This document shows positions 47,032-55,750 of a DNA stretch of 64,000 nt, piece after piece. Origin of the DNA: a virus (taxonomy: Duplodnaviria > Caudoviricetes); IMG/VR virus record IMGVR_UViG_3300006467_000134, positions 41,609 through 105,608 of that record, one strand, 5' to 3'. The position numbers were made by a program, and so were the translations under genes. Position 1 is the first letter of the stretch; each line of letters opens with the position of its first letter. The notes under the pieces are model-generated. The model made no database searches. It worked only from the letters and a program-made list of their open reading frames with translations, and was not told the origin of the DNA.

Positions 47032-47499
47032 TTACGCCAAAATATCCCATTCGCCGGTTGCACCTGCTACCAAAGTAACAGAAGCGTTATCAGCCAACGA
47101 AGCAAGAGTTCCATTGATCGTAGCAGCAGTGGAGACCGTCCACGAGTTACCGGATACGTTGTTGATCCGCAGGATCTTGCCAACATCAGCAGCAGCTGGG
47201 CTGTGCAGAGTCAAAGTTTTGCTCGCACCGGCAGTCAGTCGAATGTAGGTACCAAAGTCAGCGGATACCGTAGTGTAATCATCTGTCTTAGATTGAATCG
47301 TGAGTTTGAACAAGCTCAGCATCGTCTCAGCGATCTGCTTAAAGTTCTCGTTCAAAAGAATTTTGCCGTTTTCCGAGTCTACCGAGTCTGTCATGTTGAA
47401 CAGAGCCAACATTTCATACGCATATCCATTTGCAGACATGAACGTAGTAGGCGAGGTAGCTTGGGCAGTGGCGTCATCAAAACCGGGCCAAACTGGCAT
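47032..47499 (-). CDS. Capsid decoration/fibre-like protein
   Basis: First structural gene after the capsid and HNH genes; paralogous to both ends of 44809-46980. Confidence 0.65.
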   Translation of the reverse strand: MPVWPGFDDATAQATSPTTFMSANGYAYEMLALFNMTDSVDSENGKILLNENFKQIAETMLSLFKLTIQSKTDDYTTVSADFGTYIRLTAGASKTLTLHSPAAADVGKILRINNVSGNSWTVSTAATINGTLASLADNASVTLVAGATGEWDILA

Positions 47500-47522
47500 A
47501 GTAAAGGACCTTTCAAAGTTAA

Positions 47523-47599
47523 ATGGCTGCCATCATCAGGCACTGCCCACCACGGTCAGTGCGAAACAAGGCAGTCCGAAGACTGCCCTGCTTTTCGGC
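47523..47599 (-). ncRNA. Type II hammerhead ribozyme (downstream of HNH), predicted cleavage UUC^ between 47563 and 47562
   Basis: Minus strand: GCC-GAAA-AGCAGGGCAGTC-TTCG-GACTGCCTTGTT-TC^-GCACTG-ACCGTGGTGGG-CAGTGC-CTGATGA-T-GGC-A-GCCAT. The full core is present, with one extra U after A9. Loop I GUGGU can pair with the 3' GCCAU. Confidence 0.82.
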
Positions 47600-47601
47600 T
47601 T

Positions 47602-48267
47602 TTATTCAGGGAAATTTAGGTAGGCAAATTCACCAAACAGCTCTTTTGCTTTTTCATCATAAGCCTTTGCAGCTTCCAGTGCTGTATTGAACCTACCAAG
47701 ATGGTGAATTTTTCCCTTATGCTGGAGTCTAGCAATATATTGATACTTGGTTTTGTTCTTCATTAGGCGTTTAGTTACTCCTTTATAACCAGATTTACAG
47801 TTTTTCTGCGGACCTGAATTTAAAACGTTTTGAGTCAAAGAGCATAAACGCAAGTTCGACTTTCTATTGTTTAGTGGGTTTCTATCAATATGATCCACTA
47901 TTTCATCGGGAAGAAGGGATCTTCCTAAAGAAAGCTCCATTACCAATCTATGAAGTTTCGTCGGTCTGGGTCTATGTGAAAAACCGTACCCATTTTGTAG
48001 GTGCCAGTTCTGCTTATAAAGTGTATCCCAATATTCGGGATCTACCAAAAGCTTATCTCCTGCTTTAGTGTATATAACAGATTTATCTTCTTGATCTGGA
48101 AAATTCAAAGGGAGATAAGGACTAATATCTTTGGCCTTTTTATCGTAGGCTCTGGCAGCTTCCTCAGGGGTTGGAAATGTGCCAAGATAATGGCGTTTCT
48201 TGTCTACTTGAATTTCAGCGGCAAATTTCCCATCTTTTTTGGGCCATACACCACGTAACTTTTTCAT
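47602..48267 (-). CDS. AP2-HNH-AP2 homing endonuclease
   Basis: RGV...YLGTFPTPEEAARAYD (AP2); LHRLVM...VDHIDRNPLNNRKSNLR (HNH); YKGV...HLGRFNTALEAAKAYD...FAYLNF (AP2); AT-rich. Confidence 0.92.
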   Translation of the reverse strand: MKKLRGVWPKKDGKFAAEIQVDKKRHYLGTFPTPEEAARAYDKKAKDISPYLPLNFPDQEDKSVIYTKAGDKLLVDPEYWDTLYKQNWHLQNGYGFSHRPRPTKLHRLVMELSLGRSLLPDEIVDHIDRNPLNNRKSNLRLCSLTQNVLNSGPQKNCKSGYKGVTKRLMKNKTKYQYIARLQHKGKIHHLGRFNTALEAAKAYDEKAKELFGEFAYLNFPE

Positions 48268-48281
48268 TTTACTTCCTTTGT

Positions 48282-48354
48282 AACCTATGACTCATCAGGA
48301 GGCTTTCGGTCGATAGCCTCGACTAAGAAGACAGTAAGTCTTCTTAGTTTCGTC
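48282..48354 (-). ncRNA. Type II hammerhead ribozyme (between capsid gene and HNH), predicted cleavage GUC^ between 48321 and 48320
   Basis: Minus strand: GAC-GAAA-CTAAGAAGAC-TTACT-GTCTTCTTAG-TC^-GAGGCT-ATCGACCGAA-AGCCTC-CTGATGA-GTC-ATA-GGTT. Canonical core with perfect stems I, II and III. Loop I GACC can pair with the 3' GGUU. Confidence 0.92.
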
Positions 48355-48381
48355 TTACTTGAAATTATCAAGTATTTAAAC

Positions 48382-49437
48382 CTAACTAGGGTCAGTCGGG
48401 TTGTGATTAACTGGAGCCGTACCAGCCGAGCAGATGCCAGTAGCTGGCGTTCCGCACAGACGCAGGTTCTTAACCAGGACAACCATGTCAGGGTTTTCAA
48501 CCATGAAGTCAGCTTCCCACCACATGGTGTATTCGAAGCTGTCACAACGAGGCTTACGTTCACGCTCAATCGACAATTCGCGACCGGTAACGTAGATCAG
48601 GTTGCTCAATGGCGTGTAAACCATGTAAGTACCGTCAGTTTCCCCGCCACCATTGTCCAGGTTTTCTGGCCAGTTGTTAACGCGGAAGACAGATTCACCA
48701 AGTGGGTTGACGCCTTGGCCGCCACTCAGGATGATCTGATCACCCAGGTTGGTAGCTCGGCTGGTCAACTGCTGTACCCATCGGTTGTACAGGCGAGGAC
48801 CCAGTACCCATCGATACTGATCCAATTCGCTCAAATACTCAACAGGGATGCGGTTCTGGATTTCGAACAACAGTTCGGTAGAGATACCAGCACCAGCAGC
48901 GTCGATAATTTGGGTGGAGGGAACGCAAGACTTCAACAGACGGATGAAACCGTCGTTAACGCCCAACAGGTTGTTCAGATCGGATTGACTGTCGCCAGTA
49001 GGAATAGCGGTGTCGCCCATAACAGCGGCACGTTCCATGTCAACAGCAATACGCTTCTGGAATTGACCCAGCAACGTTTGGGTTACTTGCTCCCGTTCGA
49101 CGTTGTAACGCAGGAAGTCACTCTTTACCGAAAAGAAGCTTCCATACTTTTCCAAGTCGTAGGTCAGCATCGAGTCGGTAGGACGAGATTCCTGAGGGCA
49201 GCTCGTAGCATGAGCACCCTGAGAAACAACACCACCGAGGTCCAGACGGTGGATCTTACCTTTACGGTTGTCCACTCGCATGGTACGAATATTTTGCAAC
49301 AGGTTTGAGGTGTTGCGAACCATGTCGAAGAAACGGTCGGACTGAGTCCGATCCAACATGGCGTTAGGGTTGGTTGCTTCGCTGATCGGGATTTGACAGC
49401 CCTTAATCAGATCAACCATTTCAAGTTTGCCACTCAT
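48382..49437 (-). CDS. Major capsid protein (HK97 fold)
   Basis: LDRTQSDRFFD, DFLRYNVER, IAVDMERAAVMGD, NDGFIRL, TPLSNLIY; follows the protease gene. Confidence 0.92.
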   Translation of the reverse strand: MSGKLEMVDLIKGCQIPISEATNPNAMLDRTQSDRFFDMVRNTSNLLQNIRTMRVDNRKGKIHRLDLGGVVSQGAHATSCPQESRPTDSMLTYDLEKYGSFFSVKSDFLRYNVEREQVTQTLLGQFQKRIAVDMERAAVMGDTAIPTGDSQSDLNNLLGVNDGFIRLLKSCVPSTQIIDAAGAGISTELLFEIQNRIPVEYLSELDQYRWVLGPRLYNRWVQQLTSRATNLGDQIILSGGQGVNPLGESVFRVNNWPENLDNGGGETDGTYMVYTPLSNLIYVTGRELSIERERKPRCDSFEYTMWWEADFMVENPDMVVLVKNLRLCGTPATGICSAGTAPVNHNPTDPS

Positions 49438-49449
49438 CAAGTGTTTTCC

Positions 49450-50910
49450 TTATACGAAAAATTGGCCGAACAAGTCCTGGTCAGTCACTTCGCCGCTGTC
49501 GCCCTTAGCGACTTCTCGGCGTTCCTCACGGTTGGTCAAGTTGATCTTCAGGAGACCAGACAGATCATTCAAGATTTCACTCTTGATGGCTTCTGCCAAT
49601 TCTTCTGCGGATTCTTGAGCAGGTGCTGACTCTTGCTTAGGGGGATCTTGTTCTTGTTCTTGAGAGGGCAATCGAGCTTCAAAAGCTTCGAATCGCTTGT
49701 TGAAGTCATCCTGCATTTTAGCCAACTGGGCTACCAGGGCATCATTTGCAGAAGGTTCTTGTGTTGGTTCTTGAGTTGCTTCAGCAGCTGGTTCAGTGGC
49801 CTTAGCAGGTTCTGCAGGAGCAGCCTGTAGTGCTTCAAAATCAGCTTCTTGCAAATCAATGTGTACAACTTCTTGCTTTGCTGCTTCACCTTCTTCATTG
49901 GTGATTTCTTCCGACTTCAGAACTTCCTTTTTGCAATTTGGGAAGTACTTGTCGATCAGACCTTCATCAACCAGGCAGACTCGCAAGGACTTAACTACTT
50001 GAGTTTCTTCACTCACAGTGTTATCCTCTACTGGAATATCATTAAGTTCGCCGACTTGCTCGGCATTAGAAGAATCATGATCTAATCGTGCAGCAGTGAC
50101 GACCGAAACATCACCTAGCTTAACTAGGTAACTCTTTTCGATGTCAAACTGAGCCTGGTCTTGAACCACAGCAAAGTAGTCCGTGTCATTCTCAGTGATG
50201 GATGTATATTCAATTCCCCGAGCCTGTAAATAAGCTTTCGCTACATCAACAGTTGGGTAGTAACTCTTGGACAGTTTGAATTTGATAATCTCAGTAGGCA
50301 CAGCCTCAGAGGTTTCAAAATCAACAGATTTTCCAATAGTCAGGGCAGACGAAGTGTGCTGCGGCATGTGTACGATACTGATTTCCTTGAGGTCAATCAT
50401 CTTCAGTAGGTCATAAGGTTGTCCGATATCGACACCTTTAACCAACTGAACAAGACCACGCCAGGAAAATGCACCTAGATGCCCTTTCAGTACTTCCTCT
50501 TTGGCCAAATCATTTGTTACTTCTGCAACAACAAAGAGTCCGCGGTCACCGACTTTCAAATCGGGGTAGCGTTTTACAGGAAGTCGATTAATGACTTCCA
50601 TGTTTCTAGCAGAAGAGATAACAAACTCATCGTCCTCTTGGTCGGAAATAAAGGCAGCTTCAGCCTCCCTGACTACACCTGCAGAAACATCATTCCCGTG
50701 AGGGTCTTTGATGAACTTGTGATCCCGCAGCAAAGTACCAGTGTTGAGAAATGTGTCAACATTGAACTCGGAAGCAGGAGCGAAGTGATTTTGTCGATCA
50801 GGAGACTCAACAGAAGCAAAACCCTTAACGAATACCGACTGATCCGATTCTTGAATGTCCGCAGCTAACGCTGAAGAACCTTCAATCATTTCGTAGGTTG
50901 GTAGAGACAT
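49450..50910 (-). CDS. Prohead maturation protease with scaffold-like C-terminus
   Basis: VKGFASVESPDRQ, LLRDH, GLFVVAE, GAFSWRG, DLKEISIV; acidic coiled-coil tail. Confidence 0.88.
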   Translation of the reverse strand: MSLPTYEMIEGSSALAADIQESDQSVFVKGFASVESPDRQNHFAPASEFNVDTFLNTGTLLRDHKFIKDPHGNDVSAGVVREAEAAFISDQEDDEFVISSARNMEVINRLPVKRYPDLKVGDRGLFVVAEVTNDLAKEEVLKGHLGAFSWRGLVQLVKGVDIGQPYDLLKMIDLKEISIVHMPQHTSSALTIGKSVDFETSEAVPTEIIKFKLSKSYYPTVDVAKAYLQARGIEYTSITENDTDYFAVVQDQAQFDIEKSYLVKLGDVSVVTAARLDHDSSNAEQVGELNDIPVEDNTVSEETQVVKSLRVCLVDEGLIDKYFPNCKKEVLKSEEITNEEGEAAKQEVVHIDLQEADFEALQAAPAEPAKATEPAAEATQEPTQEPSANDALVAQLAKMQDDFNKRFEAFEARLPSQEQEQDPPKQESAPAQESAEELAEAIKSEILNDLSGLLKINLTNREERREVAKGDSGEVTDQDLFGQFFV

Positions 50911-52655
50911 TAAGTTTGCTCACTTTCAGGATCAACATTATCATCCGTAGATGGAGGAGTATCCTGCGTTTGAGTCGCTGTTTGGTCTACAGCAGTCGTT
51001 GGTAAATCATTTAAATCCTGAATCTTCAAAATCTGTCCACCAGATGTGCGGAGGAAGTTAACATTACCACCAGGAATGGATTCCATTCCAAGGTTAGTAC
51101 GAACTTCATTGATATCCTTAACACCATTCAACAAGTACATTTGATCAACTTCAGCCTGCATTCGCATATCGCGAACATCGTAAGGATCAAACTTGATGTA
51201 GCTGTGAATAATTCCCAGGCCTTTAGAGAGTAGCCTGTAGATTTGGTTTTGCCAGTATTTCTGGCGAGGTGTTACGATACGATCTTTGTACAGTTCAGCT
51301 TGAGACAATCCTTTACCTGAGCCAAGCTCTGCGGACTCAGCGATACCAAGAATTGCTGGGCTTGTTCCATGAGCTACCTGAATAGCTTGTGAGTTTGCTT
51401 TGTAAGTCTCAAGGAAGTCTGCTTCCTTTCGATCAGCCTCAACTCGTTCGAACTTTACAGAGACAGTCTTTCCGGCTCTATGTGGAATCGCCAATACCAT
51501 TGTCTTATGGTATTGACCACGTACTTCCTTCGAAAAGTATTCCGTAATCGTCTTGCGGAACTCTGCATCGACATTGGCACCCTCAACAATAACAGCATAT
51601 CGTGGTACTGTATTGTTGTCGAAGAATTGACTAGTATAGTCTTTGATTCGGGTGTTCGTTTGAATCGCTGAGAGAGCTGGTATTGCATCACAGAAGCCAT
51701 AGTAGATAGTATTAGGGTGTGAGTTAACTAACCACAAAACTTCATTTGCTGATTCCAAGACATTATCAGTAGTTTCTCCAGTTTTTGGATCTACGAGGTT
51801 CCACTCGGCTTTAGCCTTATCCAACGGCCCGTGCTTGACTGGGTCGTACGGTTCATAATAATCACGTTTCTTGGATCCGACTTTAATTGATTTTCGTACA
51901 CGAACCTTCTCACCGAAATTCTGATAGTAGGTATATTGCGTTGTACCATTGACATCGCTCTCCTCTACAAAACCTTCCCAGTTACGAAGGACTTTTATCC
52001 TAGCAGCCGGAATGTGTTGGATGTGCTCGATCTTTTTCGTGATGGGGTTACGAGTAACCTCGATAGCAGCCCATCCAATAGCTTCCCAATCTTGGGCTGC
52101 ATTTCGGAGAACTTCTTCAAATCCCAACCGCGGATTGCAGTCATGGATAAAGGTTCTAATCTCTTCCAGTTCGGAATTGAACAACGACTTTGGAATTACT
52201 TCCTGACCCTCAGCTAGCTGTTCAATCTCGTCGTCCTCGATGACCTTTTTGAAGGAGTCAATCGTGTAGTTTCGATTTACAGCATCTGTGACTTTGGTTC
52301 GTACTGCTCGGTAGTGAACTTCATTAGTGTGTAAAAGATCAGCTACTTTTCGTGGGCAGTATGGAGGATCAATAACGTGCCATTTACCTTGCAGAGCATA
52401 ATGGTAAATGTCTGACTGATTAATCTCATCTGCACTCTGATTTAACCCTTCGATACCTTTAAGAACTTCTGTTCTTTTAAAGCCAGGGATATCAATTTCG
52501 GTGTAGGTATCCACCTTTCTGGTGGAAAGACCACTCCAAATTTCAGAGATTCCCTTTGCTAGGTCAGCAGATAAGGTGAAGTGAACTTCTCCGTCAGAGC
52601 CTTCAGTAATGAAGCCAGTGACTACAGGCTCTTCGAATTCAGTTGTTTGCTTCAT
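50910..52655 (-). CDS. Portal protein
   Basis: IDPPY, DWEAIGWAAIEVTR, HIPA, YYG, FFDNNTVP, AHGTSPAILG, INEVRTNLG..SIPGG. Confidence 0.92.
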   Translation of the reverse strand: MKQTTEFEEPVVTGFITEGSDGEVHFTLSADLAKGISEIWSGLSTRKVDTYTEIDIPGFKRTEVLKGIEGLNQSADEINQSDIYHYALQGKWHVIDPPYCPRKVADLLHTNEVHYRAVRTKVTDAVNRNYTIDSFKKVIEDDEIEQLAEGQEVIPKSLFNSELEEIRTFIHDCNPRLGFEEVLRNAAQDWEAIGWAAIEVTRNPITKKIEHIQHIPAARIKVLRNWEGFVEESDVNGTTQYTYYQNFGEKVRVRKSIKVGSKKRDYYEPYDPVKHGPLDKAKAEWNLVDPKTGETTDNVLESANEVLWLVNSHPNTIYYGFCDAIPALSAIQTNTRIKDYTSQFFDNNTVPRYAVIVEGANVDAEFRKTITEYFSKEVRGQYHKTMVLAIPHRAGKTVSVKFERVEADRKEADFLETYKANSQAIQVAHGTSPAILGIAESAELGSGKGLSQAELYKDRIVTPRQKYWQNQIYRLLSKGLGIIHSYIKFDPYDVRDMRMQAEVDQMYLLNGVKDINEVRTNLGMESIPGGNVNFLRTSGGQILKIQDLNDLPTTAVDQTATQTQDTPPSTDDNVDPESEQT

Positions 52656-52659
52656 TCTT

Positions 52660-54363
52660 TTATCCAATGGTTAGGCAATCTGCCGATAAAGTATCTTGGT
52701 TCATTTCGTTGTGAGCTAGGATGTCATATACGTCAGCATGACGAGAGTGATCCTGGTTGGATCCAACCCATTCATTCTTTGGGTTGCCTTTTTTGTCCTC
52801 AGTATAATTTCTTACCAAGGCCTTCATTTCCTTTAAGTAATCACCACCGTAGACAAACTCAACACCTTGGGGTAGTTGATTTCTCTTAGACCTTAGTTGT
52901 GCATATCCGCGGTCTAATGCTTCAGTACGATCAATGGAAATGATCATGTCGTTGTAATTGTACTTCTGAGTACGGTCAGTACCCTCACCCAAGTATTTAC
53001 AACGCCAAACGACACAATTGGCTTCCTTTTGGAAGTCTTGAGCTAACTTCGACTCAGGGCCTGAGTCAATGACTGCTACCTTGACATTGTATCTCTCGAT
53101 GAGATTGTGAAGGTCAGCCCAGCCAGTAGTTGTATCCAGTTTTCCAAAGAATACTGCTTGTCGCTTACCCTTTACTGATCTACTAATACGAACGTCTAAC
53201 CTACTAGGAGCGACGTCAATACCCATTGAGCAAGGTTCCTCAACACTATCGGATGGTATGTAGGACATCTCAGGAAGATGTACCATCTCGATACCTGTAG
53301 CACATTGCTTAAGGAGATCGCCAGTAACAGAGTTACCTTGGGCTGAGAATGGCAAACCAAGACGCATATTGTAAAAATAACGCATCTTGGAGGGGTTGGT
53401 TAACCCAGCCTGAAACTCTGCATAAAGTTCAGCAACGGTAACCAGGGGAGAGACGATAGAAGGAACATGATACCCTTCAATGTTCTCGGGACTGTGGGCA
53501 TGTGGTAGCCAATGACAGTCATCGTCAAAACGTTGAACGATTCCTTCTGAGCAGTGAGGACATTTGATATAAATATCTCTCCCACAACCTGGCGTCCACT
53601 CTTTATCCCGCAGTTGATAACTGACAATGCTGCCAGCACTATCCTTAATAGGATCAACTACAGTTTCAAACCAGTCCATATTACAGAACTTACCGCACGA
53701 ATCACATGGAGCCATCCATCTTCTCTGATCCGACTTCAGAAACATCTGGTGGATCTTACCATCTGGAGTGGATGGGTTCGATAGGTAGATCTGAAACTTG
53801 TACTGGCTGGACGCCAGGCGTGACATTCCTAACTCAACATTTTCCCAGGTTTGTACCTGGTCAGTTTCGTCAACGCAGTAGAGATCGCCGGCAAATTCAA
53901 CGAAATCAGACTCTACATTAGCTCCAACAAAGCGAAGCATTCCCTTACCAAAGGACAGAGTGACAGTCGAGTTCATGTTACCATCGCGAACAATCGACTG
54001 GTATTCAGTAGATTGGTTGATTGGCCTTTTTACCCGTGAAAGTACGTATGATTCTTTCATTTCGTACTTAGGCAAAATACAGAACACATTGCACCCACAA
54101 TATGCAGTTGCTAACATGTTGATGACCATGAATTCAGACTTACAAATCTGAGCAGCTCCCATCAAGACCATGTGAGGGCTTAATGATTCGTACCATGCAA
54201 TGCAATGCTTGAACTTCTGGAAATCCATTGGTTCGTTACGAGTTGTCTTGTGGTACTCAGTTGCGAACCTAATCCTTGTGTTTCGGATCTCGATCAATCG
54301 TGATAACTTCTTCAGCTCCACTTCGCTCAGATCCAACACTGCGTTCGTCAAGTTGCTCGACAT
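52660..54363 (-). CDS. terL: Terminase large subunit (GpA-like)
   Basis: GAAQICKSE, VDETD, SNPS, SDQRRW..PC..C, FYNMRLGLPF, MGIDV, DHSRHA. Confidence 0.92.
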   Translation of the reverse strand: MSSNLTNAVLDLSEVELKKLSRLIEIRNTRIRFATEYHKTTRNEPMDFQKFKHCIAWYESLSPHMVLMGAAQICKSEFMVINMLATAYCGCNVFCILPKYEMKESYVLSRVKRPINQSTEYQSIVRDGNMNSTVTLSFGKGMLRFVGANVESDFVEFAGDLYCVDETDQVQTWENVELGMSRLASSQYKFQIYLSNPSTPDGKIHQMFLKSDQRRWMAPCDSCGKFCNMDWFETVVDPIKDSAGSIVSYQLRDKEWTPGCGRDIYIKCPHCSEGIVQRFDDDCHWLPHAHSPENIEGYHVPSIVSPLVTVAELYAEFQAGLTNPSKMRYFYNMRLGLPFSAQGNSVTGDLLKQCATGIEMVHLPEMSYIPSDSVEEPCSMGIDVAPSRLDVRISRSVKGKRQAVFFGKLDTTTGWADLHNLIERYNVKVAVIDSGPESKLAQDFQKEANCVVWRCKYLGEGTDRTQKYNYNDMIISIDRTEALDRGYAQLRSKRNQLPQGVEFVYGGDYLKEMKALVRNYTEDKKGNPKNEWVGSNQDHSRHADVYDILAHNEMNQDTLSADCLTIG

Positions 54364-54931
54364 CTGTAATCGCCCTTAAGGTCCTAATAGATTGTAATTG
54401 CTCAATGACCCTTTGTTGTTGTTGCTCACTGGTAAGTTGTGCAAATTCATCCTCAGTTCCGGTGTCCTTACTATCAGCAATTCGATGATAGATTTCGGTT
54501 GCTTTCTTAGGAAGAATTCCAACAGATTGTTGAAGATCGATGAGAGTCTTCTGAAACTGATGTAAAGTTCTCATTGACTCATTGAAAGCTTTGTGATCAG
54601 GTGCTTTCTTAGTAATCTCATCCTTAATTGGATCGTACACTGGTTTTGCTTCAGAATACTTAGATGCCTGGTAGAGGCACATATCTATGTATTTTTGAAG
54701 CGAATACATGTGATCAATTAGGATATCAACAGGCCGCTGATCTTCTAGGTGCTCAAGAGCTGATTCCCTGGCTTTCTGAAGCCATAGGTAAATTGTTCTC
54801 TCAGAGACGTCAAAGAACTTTGCAAGTTGTGGTACAGAAATACCGTCGTACTTCCATTGAAGACAGTATTCTGCTTTACGCTCCAAAGGAAGTGATTTGA
54901 AATTTTCTGGCTTGAGTTTTTGAAAAGCCAT
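54269..54931 (-). CDS. terS: Terminase small subunit (N-terminal HTH)
   Basis: GISVPQLAKFFDVSERTIYLW HTH; immediately upstream of terL. Confidence 0.7.
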   Translation of the reverse strand: MAFQKLKPENFKSLPLERKAEYCLQWKYDGISVPQLAKFFDVSERTIYLWLQKARESALEHLEDQRPVDILIDHMYSLQKYIDMCLYQASKYSEAKPVYDPIKDEITKKAPDHKAFNESMRTLHQFQKTLIDLQQSVGILPKKATEIYHRIADSKDTGTEDEFAQLTSEQQQQRVIEQLQSIRTLRAITDVEQLDERSVGSERSGAEEVITIDRDPKHKD

Positions 54932-54944
54932 ATCTAATCACTTT

Positions 54945-55172
54945 CTAGTCGTCACCCATAGCCCATTCTAAATGGCCAGTCCAGAACGTATCGAAGCACC
55001 AAATAATTGCCATCCAAACGTCTAAGGGTAAAGGAAATAAAATGTCGTGGTTGCCATACTTTATTCTTCCGGTTCTGGAAGAAAAGGTTTCATTTGGGTT
55101 ACCAGCCAGTATGACGTTGAGGCCTTGACTAAATGCTTCTAGTAGGTTCAATCCATACTGTTTGAGAGTCAT
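54945..55172 (-). CDS. Conserved small phage protein
   Basis: QGLNVILAGNPNETFSSRTG...H motif. Confidence 0.65.
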   Translation of the reverse strand: MTLKQYGLNLLEAFSQGLNVILAGNPNETFSSRTGRIKYGNHDILFPLPLDVWMAIIWCFDTFWTGHLEWAMGDD

Positions 55173-55735
55173 TATTCACCCGTTGCTTGAATAGCTACCA
55201 TCTCTGGTGCAGTGATATAGGTAAACCCACGGGCAAACGCTGCCGAGACTTCCTCGTACCTGCCTTTGTAGAAGCTACTTGCTGCCCAAGTGTTTCCATC
55301 TTGGTCGATGATAGGCTGCCGGTTGCTGTTGGCATCGAAGTATTCCTGCCACGTAGTGGCTACCGGATTACCATCTTCGTCCTGCAGCCTCAGATCATCT
55401 GGAACTGCATCGGTCAAAGTGATTTGCCAATACAGGGGAACATTCTCAATTGTCCCACCAAGCCCCACTACTACTTGTAGCATCGGAATCGTAAAGAACT
55501 CCAGTGCTACATTGGCGTAGTAGTGATACATGCCATCAGAAGTTGAGAAGCGGTTAAGCTTTTTCTTTTGGTCAGGCCGCTTTGGCACGTTATCGTTCAT
55601 ATAGAGAACGAGCTTTTTATAGAACTCATTCTCCGTACCGTTAAGGAAGTCAACTGCACCTGATTCCGCATCAGGAGTGACAGGCATGACTAGATATTCA
55701 GGGACATGAATTTCAATGTCCTTATACGTAGGCAT
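55172..55735 (-). CDS. Hypothetical protein
   Basis: 187 aa with GGAGG RBS. Confidence 0.7.
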   Translation of the reverse strand: MPTYKDIEIHVPEYLVMPVTPDAESGAVDFLNGTENEFYKKLVLYMNDNVPKRPDQKKKLNRFSTSDGMYHYYANVALEFFTIPMLQVVVGLGGTIENVPLYWQITLTDAVPDDLRLQDEDGNPVATTWQEYFDANSNRQPIIDQDGNTWAASSFYKGRYEEVSAAFARGFTYITAPEMVAIQATGE

Positions 55736-55750
55736 TCTCTGCCCTCCTAG

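Noticed and set aside
47500-48381. Group I intron carrying the HNH gene
   Set aside because: The flanking genes are intact, the gaps are only ~100 nt, no P7/J8-7 elements are visible, and hammerhead folds account for the gaps
48403-49308. 301-aa plus-strand ORF and other long antisense ORFs (e.g. 33333-33959, 42063-42611)
   Set aside because: Shadows of strongly codon-biased minus-strand genes
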